DNA of 63,130 nucleotides, filler included, from Octopus bimaculoides (GCF_001194135.2; 5 parts of 5 records of this genome joined end to end with filler, not necessarily neighbours in it); one strand, 5' to 3'; positions 50,899-63,130 are shown, counted from the whole stretch's first letter. Numbers and translations are program-made. Notes: a model not told the origin generated them from the sequence alone.

Positions 50899-51242
50899 TG
50901 CATGTATATGAATGTATGTATATATGTTTGTGCGTGTGTACATATATACATATACGCAACAGTCCATGCACACATGAATTGCTTTATTTCGTTCTATTTA
51001 CCGTATTTACGTCTTTTAATACAGAAATCATTCGTAAATTTTCGATATAGAAATATTCATATAATCGTATTTTATAAGAATGGCAATACAGATATTTTCA
51101 TGAATCAGGGGAGGTAAGCCCTTCATAATCCAAATTAAAAATATAGTTATTTCCCTTACAACGAGTTGTAGATAAGAGTGAAGTCAATTCAGGCCAGATG
51201 TATGCATGTATACGCGCATGCGCACGAACATGCGCGCGCGCG

Positions 51243-51282
<40 letters not shown>

Positions 51283-51772
51283 TTCCATCTTTCAGTACTT
51301 TTATGAGAGGATTCTCTCTGGACAGTTCCCTTTGGTTTTTCTTCCAGAGCCTACCGTTCTGCAGTAGTCATAGCCCTGGAGTAGGAGGTGGAGGTCAGGT
51401 TGAACGTTCACCTGATTGAGCACATCAATCTGAGAGAGGCCCTAACATCGTCGTCGTTGTCATCGTCATCGTTATCGTCATCATTACCGTCGTCGTCGTC
51501 GTCACAGCCATCGTTGTGTTCGTCGTCGTTATCGCCAACAACAGCAACAACAACCAAGAACAGCTGATAATTTGTTTTATTGATTAGGACTGACCCTGAT
51601 GGAGGGATACACAAAGCATTAACAACATCCACGTGGGTCGATAAATGACTAAAAGAAAAGAATTATTTTGTCTGCATCCTCGCCCCCCCCCCTCCCCCAA
51701 TCGTCTCGAAAGCCATAACGGAGTGCCTGCAGACCAAGCTTGCAGACTTGTCCAGGATAACCGAGAAGCTAC

Positions 51773-51872
51773 NNNNNNNNNNNNNNNNNNNNNNNNNNNN
51801 NNNNNNNNNNNNNNNNTTAATTAATTAANNNNNNNNNNNNNNNNNNNNNNNNNNNNNNNNNNNNNNNNNNNN
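51773..51872. other. Synthetic assembly linker 44N-TTAATTAATTAA-44N
   Basis: Exact 100-nt structure. Confidence 0.95.
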
Positions 51873-52037
51873 CAATTACATCAACCCCAGTGCATAACTG
51901 GTACTTATTTAATCGACCCCGAAATGATGAAAGGCAAAGTCGACCTCGGCAGAATTTGAACTCAGAACGTAGCGGCAGACGAAATACGGCTAAGCATTTC
52001 GCCTGGCATGCTAACGTTTCTGCCAGCTCGCCGCCTT
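51873..52037 (-). mobile_element. SINE family A
   Basis: AAAGGCAAAGTCGACCTCGGCAGAATTTGAACTCAGAACGTAGCGGCAGACGAAATAC..GCCAGCTCGCCGCCTT. Confidence 0.88.
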
Positions 52038-52045
52038 TTGTGTGC

Positions 52046-52087
<42 letters not shown>

Positions 52088-52349
52088 ACATTTTTATATA
52101 CATATACATACACACCTTACAGTGGTTTCAACATACCAGCATTATTTTTTCAAACACTTGTACAAATATAAAGTAATTATAAATAAATACTACACAATTA
52201 TACACTGACTGTCAACTTTAGTCTTAAATTTCTTCCAGGAACTATAAATACACACACACGCACAGAAGCTATTGTTCAGTTTCTGTCTGCTAGACTCCAT
52301 GTTCTAAGCATCATAATGAAAGGACAAGGAACAATGGAAAGAGGATTTT

Positions 52350-52720
52350 TATTTCTATTTGCTTCAGCCATGCTGGGGCACTGGCTCGATCAATGAATTG
52401 AACCCAGTGCTAGAAGGTGAAATGATTTTGTTGTTACCTCATGTGTCACAAGGCATGATGAAGACTAAATGAATGAATGAATGAATGAATGACTTACTCT
52501 ATCAGTCTGTTTTTGCAAACTGCTAAGTTATGGAGACAAACACACCAACAATAGTTGCCAAGCAGAAGTGGGAAACAAACACAAAGATACACATGTATAT
52601 ATACAAACACACACATACACACACACTGGGCTTCTTTCAATTTCTATCTACCAAATCCACTCAGGCTATAGTAGTAGACACTTGCCCAAAGTGCCATACA
52701 GTGGGACAGCTATTCCAACA
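52350..52720 (-). mobile_element. SINE family C, CpG-decayed
   Basis: TTTTGCAAACTGCTAAGTTATGGAGACA..CTTCTTTCAATTTCTATCTACCAAATCCACTCA GGCTATAGTAGTAGACACTTGCCCAAAGTGCC..CAGTGGGAC is the reverse complement of 38905-39270. Confidence 0.75.
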
Positions 52721-52771
52721 AATGGATGTTCCCTTTGCTTTTTGTATCTTTCATGGACATTATATAATATT

Positions 52772-53155
52772 GTGGAGGAGCAATGGCCCAGTGGTTAGGG
52801 CAGCGGACTCGTGGTCATAAGATCGCGGTTTCGATTCCCAGACCGGGCGTTATGAGTGTTTATTGAGCGAAAACACCTAAAGCTCCACGAGGCTCCGGCA
52901 GGGGATGGTGGCGAACCCTGCTGTACTCTTTCACCACAACTTTCTCTCACTCTTACTTCCTGTTTCTGTTGTGCCTGTAATTCAAAGGGTCAGCCTTGTC
53001 ACACTGTGTCACGCTGAATATCCCCGAGAACTATGCTAAGGGTACACGTGTCTGTGGAATGCTAGGCCACTTGCACGTTAATTTCACGAGCAGGCTGTTC
53101 CGTTGATCGGATCAACTGGAACCCTCGACCTCGTAAGCGACGGAGTGCCAACAAC
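52772..53155 (+). mobile_element. SINE family B
   Basis: A box TGGCCCAGTGG, B box GGTTTCGATTCC; 10-bp TSD ATATAATATT (52762-71, 53156-65). Confidence 0.9.
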
Positions 53156-53884
53156 ATATAATATTATTTTGTCTACAAGCTTTTCCTGGGAAAGTGTTTT
53201 ATCATGCACTAATTGCCAGTGCCTGGTACTATTTTCTCTCTCGGCCTCGTGCAGTATCATAAGGATTCTTGGATTGTCCCTTTTCCATCTTCTTCCATTT
53301 TTGTTTTCCTCTTCTATCTCTTCCCAGTCTCCCTTCCACCATCAATACAAATAATGCATTTGTTCCTTCCCTGCAGCCTTTGTCTTTCCAACACTCCTTT
53401 ACTAATTCCATGATATGTGTGAAGAGAAAAATCAAAAGTTCTTTGCATAGGCACAATAGTTAAACATTACAAAAATTCCTAATAGGAACAGTGGATCTTG
53501 AAGCAGAAAGGCTATAAATAATAGTATGTAAATATTGGGTTGATAAAACCCTTCGGATAGAAAAAGTCAAAGGCTGTCTGTGCAAGTGTTGCTGGTAAGA
53601 ATAAAGCTTCTATAATAAATAAAGAAACTAAAAGGAGTGTTTTGGTCCATTTGTAGAATGCTGTCATGTGTACAGGCGACGTGGGTTCAGATTCCATAAG
53701 CAGCCTGATACAAATGTTTATAGCTTTATTTGATTCAAGAACTGACATTAAAAACAAAAATTATTTTATGTTCTCTCGAAATTTGTAAATTATGACAACT
53801 ATAATTGTTTAATTACAATAGTTAATTATAGCACTAAACATTGTGATTTGGATATTGTTGTAGTTATGAAAAAATTTTCTTTCA

Positions 53885-54335
53885 CGGTTGGTGTTAGGAA
53901 GAGGCATCCAGCTGAAGAAACCATGTCAAATCAGACTGGAGTCTGGCTCAGCCCCTCAGCTTACCAGCCCTGGTCAAACTGTTTAACCCAGGGGTTTTCA
54001 AACTTTTTGACTTGCAGACCCCTTTATATTTCAGGCTTTACCTTAGGGACCCCCCTTATAAACGCTTATGAAATTTATACATAAATATTTGCTTAAAATA
54101 ACATATATTTTTACATTTATTTATTTAACAGTATTTAACAAAATAGGTTTATTGTTAATTAAAAGATTTCGATTAAAAAACATATAAAATCAAATTGCCC
54201 ATAAAAAGTATTTGCTGTCCACAGACCCCTGTCTTGTCCTTGCAGACCCCCTGTGGTCCGTGGACCACAGTTTGAAAACCCCTGGTCTAACCCATACCAG
54301 CATGGAGAATGGATGTTAAAAGATGATGATGATGG
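53885..54335 (+). mobile_element. RTE/SINE 3' tail interrupted by a hAT MITE
   Basis: GGTTGGTGTTAGGAAGAGGCATCCAGCTG..TGGTCAAACT [MITE] ..CCATACCAGCATGGAGAATGGATGTTAAAAGATGATGAT. Confidence 0.75.
53989..54284 (-). mobile_element. hAT MITE, 296 bp (same family as 32071, opposite orientation)
   Basis: TIRs CAGGGGTTTTCAAACT / AGTTTGAAAACCCCTG; TSD GTTTAACC (53981-88) vs GTCTAACC (54285-92). Confidence 0.88.
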
Positions 54336-54784
54336 AGGGGGAGACAAACACAGAGAGAGAGAGAGAGAGACACACACACAGAAAATAAAAAAAAACAGCC
54401 CTCCACCTTACAAAAATATAATCTGCAGAGAACAAAAAATGCTGCTCACAAAAACAAAAGATTATATATTTTTTTATTCTATAATGATATAGAAATGGTG
54501 GATATGCATTTCCCACAGGAAAAATTATAGTTGTTGATGTTGGCGGAGCAGGTGGTGATAGAATTAGCAGGGCTGGGTGGGTTGAGAAACATGTTGCTAC
54601 TGATGCTGCCTACATAATAACAATAAAGACAAAAGTAGGTTAATAGTTGCAGGGCGGGGTGTGAGGAGAAGAGAAGGCTTATTTTACCCAATCATTGCAG
54701 ATGATGGGTGTAGTAAGGGTGAACGACAGGGCACAGTATTAAATTCAAGGTTGAACTTGAGCATGACAAACAATATTTTATTTA

Positions 54785-54819
<35 letters not shown>

Positions 54820-54896
54820 GTGTGTGTTTATGTAGGAGTTTGTGTGTATATATATGTGTGTGTACATGTGGATTTCTGTGTGCGTATGTATATGTT

Positions 54897-54933
<37 letters not shown>

Positions 54934-55013
54934 GTTTATGTAGGAGTTTGTGCGCATATATATGTGTGTACATGTGGATTTCTCTGTGTGTATGTGTGTG
55001 TATGTATATGTTG

Positions 55014-55044
<31 letters not shown>

Positions 55045-55307
55045 CTGGCTCATGTGCGGGTGACACATGAAATTTTTCAAGCAGGGTCGTTGCCAGTGCC
55101 TCTGGACTGGCTCATGTGCGGGCGACACATGAATCTTTCGAGCGGGATCGTTGACAGTGCCCCTGGACTGGCTCATGTGCGGGCGACGCATGAAATCTTT
55201 CGAGCAGGATCGTTGACAGTGCCCCTGGACTAGCTCATGTGCGGGCGACACATGAATCTTTCGAGCGGGATCGTTGCCAGTGCCCCTGGACTGACTCTTG
55301 TGCGGGT
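55045..55307 (+). repeat. GC-rich 61-62 bp tandem array (4.3 units), each unit with an internal hairpin
   Basis: Units start at 55045, 55107, 55168, 55230 and 55291; consensus CTGGCTCATGTGCGGGCGACACATGAATCTTTCGAGCGGGATCGTTGACAGTGCCCCTGGA; truncated by the linker. Confidence 0.9.
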
Positions 55308-55407
55308 NNNNNNNNNNNNNNNNNNNNNNNNNNNNNNNNNNNNNNNNNNNNTTAATTAATTAANNNNNNNNNNNNNNNNNNNNNNNNNNNNNNNNNNNNN
55401 NNNNNNN
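55308..55407. other. Synthetic assembly linker 44N-TTAATTAATTAA-44N
   Basis: Exact 100-nt structure. Confidence 0.95.
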
Positions 55408-55438
<31 letters not shown>

Positions 55439-55444
55439 TATGTA

Positions 55445-55487
<43 letters not shown>

Positions 55488-55599
55488 AGTTGGCACCTGT
55501 TTAGAGTATGCCATTTATCCACTTAGACATAAATGTTGAGTTGTTACAATAGAATAGATTACAAGAAAAAAGGAAGTAAGGTGTGAAAATAATCTCTTA

Positions 55600-55859
55600 C
55601 ACCTGTTTCAAGAACAGGTGTGCATACGATGCATTTCCGTGCAAACGAAGATAAACTATTCATATAGCTGCGGTCGATTCCATCTTCAGTAGCAAAAATT
55701 TTAGTAGTGATCCGTTCCATCGTCGGAGAGTACTAACATTCTCTACCTTGGATTTACGTAATTTTCTCTCCAAAGATGAAATAGATTGCGACTATGTTGA
55801 TCGCTTATCTCTGTTTGCAGGGAAACGTACCATATAGGCATCTATTCTTGAAACAGCTG
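55600..55859. mobile_element. Probable TA-flanked Tc1/mariner MITE, 260 bp
   Basis: TA|CACCTGTTTCAAGAACAG .. CTATTCTTGAAACAGCTG|TA. Confidence 0.55.
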
Positions 55860-57078
55860 TAGGAGACTGTCTGCACACTTTGCTCCTTTTTTCTTTGTGA
55901 TTTAATCTACTGTAACAACTCAGCAATTATGTTAAAGTATATAAATGTCATAATCTAAACCGATACTAGTCGTTCGTATACTTTCATTCTGCTGTATACG
56001 TATCTGCTCAATGATAAACCGCATATAACCATTCATTGCTAAGCAGCTATGACAACACTGCTTTTTGTTTTAGTCGCTGTTCAAGTCGGAGTTTTAGGTG
56101 TTAAAATAACGTGAGCTCTAATTGTAAGTACCTATTCTTGCTTTCACTCTCTCTCTCACTCTCTCTCACTCTCTCTCACTCTCTCTCACTCTCTCTCTCT
56201 CACTCATATATATATATATATATGCATTGATATTTAAACGATTCCATAGCTTCGAATTTGGTCAATATCATCAGCAGAAGCATGAAGCACTACGATGCTA
56301 GAGAAAACTGGTCATGAGACCAGTATAGAGAACTGCGATGTTTGAAAGTACGTGTACATCATAGATATAACAGTCATCGAATCCTGGAGCAACACCAATA
56401 CCAATATCAAACACAACTCTAAACATCATTTACTATGACTCAATGACAAAAGAAAATGAAGATAACCGGTTGAAGCAGCAGCAGTTAGTTTTATATTCGC
56501 ATTTCCACCTCCCAGTTTAATCTAAGCAAGATTAAATAAAGCTTTAAAATTCTATATAAAATGTAAGAAAAAGAAAAAAATGAATATAAGAATTGCGAAA
56601 ACCAGAAAATTTAGAATAAATGATAATTTATTTGGAATAAATTTAGCATAAATGATAAAATATATTTTATGTAATAAAGTAACAGATTTAATAAATTAAT
56701 TAGTCAGCAAGCATTTTGTGTAAATTAGAAAAATGCTTTAACACATTTATCGTTACAACAGGTGTTGAAATGTAGTCGTCTGAACGAAATTTTTAATTGC
56801 TGATTATTACTATTCGTAAAAACTTCAGCAACTGGCGACGAGTACTGAATCGATCTCCGATGTAGAACGCAGGTTAATACGTGCGAATGTATTTTTCAGC
56901 TGGTATTTGTGAAAATGCCGTAGGTGAATTTTATTTGCAAAAGGAAGTAGTTAGCTTCAATTTTATTACATCACATTTTGTGCACGGGTGGCGTTCTGTT
57001 GCCACACAGAAGCCATTTTAATTTTCTCAGACTGTATCTATAAGTGAAGGTGTTTTGTGAAACGTTTTTACATAAATA

Positions 57079-57879
57079 CTGTAAATCCTCGAGTATAATC
57101 CGCATTTTCCCCCCAAAATTTAAAGGTCAAAATCCCTAGTGCGTACTATATACAAGATTAAAAATGAAAAATATTTTCTAAGCAATGTCCGAGTCTCTAT
57201 TTGCTGTCCGGCAATGTTTATTCAGATGCATTTTGTGATGTCGGGCGCGAAAATAACTTAAGCTAAGCCTGAAAGCAATGAAGTCATAAAAGAATCATCC
57301 ATAACTTGCAGTAAGCAACATTTATTAAAATAAAAGTGTTGTATATCGTCTGCATTGGATGGGACTCAGGATGACGTTGTATGGAAAGAGGAAATAAATG
57401 AAAGTGAATCTTCTGATGTTGACTATGAATCTGACGATGACGGAGATTTCCAATACAATGATGCTGACATGTTTACGGAGGAACAAATGGGACAGTTATT
57501 TGATGATGAAAGTGACGTTGAATTTGAAGGATTTGAATAAATGTTTTTGCTTTTGCGTTTGTAACTGATAGTGATAAATATGTAAAGGCAATTTACTTAA
57601 GATTTATTTTTCCACTGACATTATTACTGTTATTTCTTTATTTTCTGCAAACAAAGTGCACAAAAAAGCTACACGTTTGCATTATGTTATATATACAATA
57701 ATAATAAAGGATGTTACCGTATATATGTTTACAAACCAAGGACGTTATATAGACCTCCTTCACTGAAGTTAGAGAAGGGGTGCGTATTATACACAAGGCT
57801 TAGGTTTTTCAGAGGTACAGCCCCCTAAAAATCCCCTGCGTATTATACTCAAGGGCGGACTATACTCGAGGATTTACGG
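57079..57879 (+). mobile_element. Non-autonomous pogo/Tc2-type element, 801 bp
   Basis: 25-bp TIRs CTGTAAATCCTCGAGTATAATCCGC / GCGGACTATACTCGAGGATTTACGG, TA on both sides; subterminal TGCGTA(T/C)TATA repeats; internal KCCISSALDGTQDD..EFEGFE, like the C-terminus of pogo-family transposases. Confidence 0.88.
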
Positions 57880-58242
57880 TATATGTTGGCTTTAATATAA
57901 TGCAGCTTGAATAGAACTTTGTGTGAGACAGGCTTTACATTATGCATGGACCAGTATTGCATTTTAAGTCTGCCATGTAAACAGTCGTTGTATCATTCCT
58001 TTATTTTCTCTTGTATCTCTTATTACTTTTTCTTCTCTTTGATAAAGTTATAACCCAAAACATTAATTTCTTTTCGGTTTCTTTCATTAGCATATTACTT
58101 TTCACTGTACATATTCTTCTGGTACTGTTGATTCGTTTCGTATTTCTACGCATTTTAGTTAAGTGTCCACGTTTGCCTGAAGTCAAGTATTATTTGTTTG
58201 TCTTTTCCCTTCTTCATAATTCCACTGGTTTTATTTGTTATT

Positions 58243-58752
<510 letters not shown>

Positions 58753-60775
58753 GCATAATTCTGGAGTATGTCATGACGAGATGATAAAGAAAGAGAGAAA
58801 CGCCTAAAGAAAAAAGAAGGAAAAAGAAAGCCATAACATTTCGTCAATATATATATATATATAAATGTCTTAAGGTCTATTTTTCAAAGTTTATGAGTAA
58901 AAGGAATAGAAATGGAACATACAATGGAAATACATGTGTAAAGGGAGGGGAAAGAATGCAACAGACACTCGGAAGAACATTCGTTGTCATATTTTGGAAA
59001 TATTAAAAAGGAGTAAAATTACTATTTATGTAACTTTTGACAAGTATAAAATGGTGAATAGGAGTAGAAAGACCTTTAGGAAACCTCCTGCAGTGCGTAG
59101 GGAAACAATGTAAGACTTTCATATCAATCATAGTGTTATTGATTCGAGAAGTTTTATTGTTAACGTTGGAGCGGAGCTATACAGATGAAAGCAACACAAG
59201 AGAATATAACAAGCTGCTCCGAATACAATAACCGTAAAGCAGAATATGAATAGAACAGAATAGAAATATTGTAAATAACAGTAAAACTAAATCAGTAAAG
59301 GGTAATATGAAAGGAAGTTCTTCCTGCAAGTGGAGACTTTATTTTAAGGGTTATTACAGAGTTTTATCAAAAACATTGTATGACAAAATAATATTTCAAA
59401 GCAGGTGTTTAAAATACAGAGATGCCTATAATAGGACATCTAACCCGCTAGAAACTCTATACCACAAAATTGGAGATAATTTCGAAAGGGAATGAAAAAT
59501 AAGAACATTTACCAATCCATTTCCCGTACCATGGTTTCAAGCTATTTTAGCAAAATAAAATATTTTGCCAGGTCAGCTATCTTCAGCGGAATACCTTGAT
59601 ATAACATATAAACACAGTTTACCTTATCGGCAGCAAATACCAATTTTCTTTCAGAAATTAGCCAAAAGGTGTATAGTCGTACAACATCAAACCCGGTACA
59701 TGACTAGCTTTTATTTTAACCACCCCCAGAAGGATAAAAATCAAAGTAGATTTCGGAGGAATTTGAACTCAAAGCATAAATGAAAGTAACTAAGCACTGC
59801 ATAACATTTCGTTCGGTGTTCCATCCTAACTGATAACTAAATATTTTTTCTAATACAGACACAAGGCTTCATATTTCGGGAAGAAGTGTCTCGTCTCGAT
59901 TTAATGAAACCCTTGTGCATTACTGGTATTTCTTGAATCGATCTGCGATGTAACAAAAGTAAAACTGATTTCGGAGAAATTCGGACTAAGACTGTAAAAA
60001 GGCAACTATGATATTTGTTGGATGCTCTACCGATTCTTCCATATCATCATCCTCAATTGATCACATGACAAGCAAATGAGATTGACCATAAACATTGACA
60101 TATCCTTTAATTCCTTACAACATTGGTCCCTTTAATTGCATTTAACCTCAACGAATAGATTAACTTCATCTTTCAGTTCAATAATGTGATTCAACCTTTG
60201 CTCTTTACTCAATTACCGACCCCACAATGGTTCTTATTTCTCTTCCAGCTTCTTTTAATTCTTCGATCCGTTCCTTTATTTTTCTGACGGTAATTGCATT
60301 CTGCTTCTGATTTCATTACGTTCTTCTATTTTCCAGAGAAATTTCACTCAAGTTTTATTGATAAATTAAACCTGAACGCCTTATGTAAGCGTTGGAAACA
60401 TAATTGATGTTTTTTGCACAAGTCCCACCATAGACGGTCAGCCGTCCTCAAATACGCCTCTTATTTTTTCAAGGGTTAAATCAAAATTACCTTTTGTCGA
60501 TTTAACCCAAGAAAAAAAAAAAAGAAAGAAAAGAAGGAAATTTATATCTGTAAGTCCCATGTATTGACCTGAAAGCAAATAAAAGATGTCCTATCGTAAA
60601 GTGTAGTGTAATTCCGCATCGAAATATTGATTGTTTTACTTGTCTATCTCCATCGATCGAGTCACAATTCTGATACTCTTTGTTTCAAAAATATTACTAA
60701 CTCTTTCGTAACTGTTTTTCTATTTGCAACTCCCGTCTTTTTGTTACTTTGATCAGCCGACTTGGTTAGACTGTA

Positions 60776-60818
60776 CAATATTGACGAGGTCTAACAGACC
60801 GAAACATGTCCATAATTG
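60776..60818 (+). ncRNA. Degenerate minimal type I hammerhead ribozyme motif (Penelope-type)
   Basis: TTGACGA (core CUGANGA with one change), stem II GGTCT-AAC-AGACC, GAAAC, palindromic stem III ACATGT, GUC triplet, imperfect stem I CAATA / CATAATTG. Confidence 0.55.
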
Positions 60819-61733
60819 CTCTCCACACCCGAAAACAAAGCGTAGACTTCCATTCCCTTAAACACGTAAATCAACTTCGAAAGATTAATTCTCAACATTT
60901 TAAAATTATCTCACCTTTTCTCCGAGTGTTGCCTAGAACCAGGCGTTTGGCTTCCTTCTCTAATTAAGAGTATAAGTGGGAATTAATTAAGAAAGTTTTG
61001 CACAGGGCAGTCAGTTCATTACCTCTTAACTTATAGGTTATCGAGTACCGAGTCATTTATACAATCAGAAACTGTCTTCTATAAGAAATTTAAATTCACG
61101 AAACACCCGCCTTCTACAGGTAAGGTTCCAGTCTTAGTGAATAGTTCGTTCCCTTCTCAACTTACATCATGGCGCAGTATTTTCATTAAGAATGTTTAAA
61201 ATTATATCACTATTTGCTTAAATATAAAAAATAAAAAAAATTCAAGCGTGTCTATTTTTGCTTCGAGTCCCTGCTTCCAGAGTTCATTTCTCGTCGTAGT
61301 CAACATTACTTTTCGTCCTTTCAAGGCCGATAAAAAATATCAATCTGGGTCAGTGAATCGGCTGAACTGCAACAACACTGGAATGGACACTGTGGTGTTT
61401 GATTTAGCTGTTTGTGTTCAGAGTTCAAATCCTGCCATGGTCCACCTGGGTAATGGACTTAATACACCACCCAGTTCAACACCACTACATGATACCTTGG
61501 GTATCTGTAGCAGATCTCACTCTGTTCGGTTCAGGTCTCACGTTTGAGGATACCTGCCATCTCCCATCGACCAATCTCGAAGCCGTGCAATGGGTCATGG
61601 GCATACTGCTTTCCCACTTGGCTAAAAGATAACAAAAACACAAGACAAAACCTGTTGAATCCTCCTCAGTTTTTCTATATTCCCTGCATTTGATCAAATT
61701 TTGGCGTTATAGATTCTACTTATACAATCCATA

Positions 61734-62117
61734 GTGGAGGCGCAATGGCCCAGTGGTTAGGGCAGCAGACTCGCGGTCATAGGATCGCGGTTTCGATTCC
61801 CAGACCGGGCGTTGTGAGTGTTTATTGAGCGAAAACACCTTAAAGCTCCACGAGGCTTCGGCAGGGGATGGTGGCGAACCCTGCTGTACTCTTTCACCAC
61901 GTCTTTCTCTCACTCTTACTTCCTGTTTCTGTTGTGCCTGTAATTCAAAGGGCCAGCCATGTCACGCTGTGTCACGCTGAATATCCCCCGAGAACTACGT
62001 TAAGGGTACACGTGTCTGTGGAGTGCTCAGCCACTTGCACGTTAATTTCACGAGCAGGCTGTTCCGTTGATCGGATCAACTGGAACCCTCGACGTCGTAA
62101 GCGACGGAGTGCCAACA
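61734..62117 (+). mobile_element. SINE family B
   Basis: tRNA-like head GGCGCAATGGCCCAGTGGTTAGGGCAGCAGACTCGCGGTCATAGGATCGCGGTTTCGATTCCCAGACCGGGCG; 12-bp TSD ATACAATCCATA (61722-33, 62118-29). Confidence 0.92.
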
Positions 62118-63130
62118 ATACAATCCATAACCGAATCCTTATAAACGGCAGGCAGTGCTATAGCATGGCCTTAGCCTTTGGGTCAGAGCACAAACAAATA
62201 AAGGAATAAAATTAGAAACATGTCTTATCTACGCTATGTCTTAGCAAAATATACATTACTCCTGGCCGGAACGTCTTTGATCGTGGGTTTGTTCAATCAG
62301 AGCTAACCTAGGGCTAAACAGCAACAACAACAACAACAACAACAACAACAACGACGACGACAACAACAACAGCAACAGCAACAATAGCAACAACAACATG
62401 CCATTAACGATGTGATTTCTGATATTGTTTTCTTATCGACCTACCATCAAAAGACATTCGTGCATTTTATCGAATATCTCATTGTGTATATCCTCTCTTT
62501 GAATATTTAATCATTATATTCGGTGTCTTACAAGAAATCGAATTTCTTCATCGATTACGATCGATCCATTATCCCAAGGAATCATATTCAACAAGTCTTC
62601 AACATGCTCGACGCTTTTTGATTGCAAACAAGGCTGACAGAATAGAAAATGGGAAAAGAAATTTCTCGATAAGAGCTTGCTTAAGATAAGGGACTTTGTT
62701 CTCTATCTCTTAAAATAAGGGTGTACGGCCTATATATATTTCAAGATAAGGGGTTATGGTCTATATATTTTAAGATAATGGGTATGACCCTTGGGAGATA
62801 ATCTGTTCTGAGGAAACATTCAAAGAATTTTCTTTCATTCGGAGAAAATGCGAAAGAAATATTCAGCCCCCTCCACTCCTGTAAATGTACAGGTAATGAG
62901 CAGAATTTGTGTGTGTATATGTATATAGACATATACAGACATAAGCATACGTACGCACACATACAAATAACTGATGTGTGTAGTTATATATGTAAATATA
63001 TGTGCATCTATACATGCAAATACATTCTTGTATATACATATATAGAAAGAAAGATATGTACATAAATATGTATATATGTATGTGCACACACATACACACA
63101 TACACAAGCGTATATATATATATATATATA

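Noticed and set aside
44255-51895. SINE A ends at linker 2 and resumes at linker 3, hinting that 44378-51772 was inserted into one SINE
   Set aside because: The overlapping bases differ at two positions and the family is abundant, so these are probably different copies.
55045-55307. CRISPR-like look of the hairpin repeat array
   Set aside because: The whole unit repeats with no unique spacers, there are no cas genes, and the context is eukaryotic.
61734-61812. tRNA-Arg-like gene (also at 52772 and 33069)
   Set aside because: It is a SINE head continuing into a 300-bp body with TSDs; the acceptor stem does not close.

Overview
AT-rich, microsatellite- and transposon-laden eukaryotic genomic DNA. 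The SINE families and repeat style strongly suggest an octopus (coleoid cephalopod); this is inference, not a database hit. The only host gene I can support is the 3' end of a classical dynamin on the minus strand. Three exons (24513-24326, 7978-7820, 6116-6050) have canonical GT-AG sites and matching phases, and encode the end of the GED and the whole proline-rich domain. A candidate 36-nt in-frame cassette exon lies at 18456-18421. No upstream dynamin exon was recognised. The rest is repeats: three recurring tRNA-derived SINE families plus one older SINE-like family, RTE-clade LINE relics, a full-length dead hAT transposon with TIRs and TSD, hAT and Tc1/mariner/pogo MITEs, and mariner and Tigger relics. 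Four identical synthetic 100-bp linkers (44N-TTAATTAATTAA-44N) split the window into five pieces whose adjacency is not guaranteed. The most notable observations are: (1) a 1.68-kb ORF1-only, poly(A)-tailed retroelement (RRM-like plus CCHC knuckle, no RT) with a perfect 21-bp TSD and a cUUCGg-capped 3' hairpin; (2) Penelope-type minimal hammerhead ribozyme motifs, two of them in a fold-back in the last dynamin intron; (3) the dynamin micro-exon; (4) a hAT MITE that captured neighbouring DNA; (5) a CpG-decay contrast between copies of the same SINEs inside and outside the gene body.
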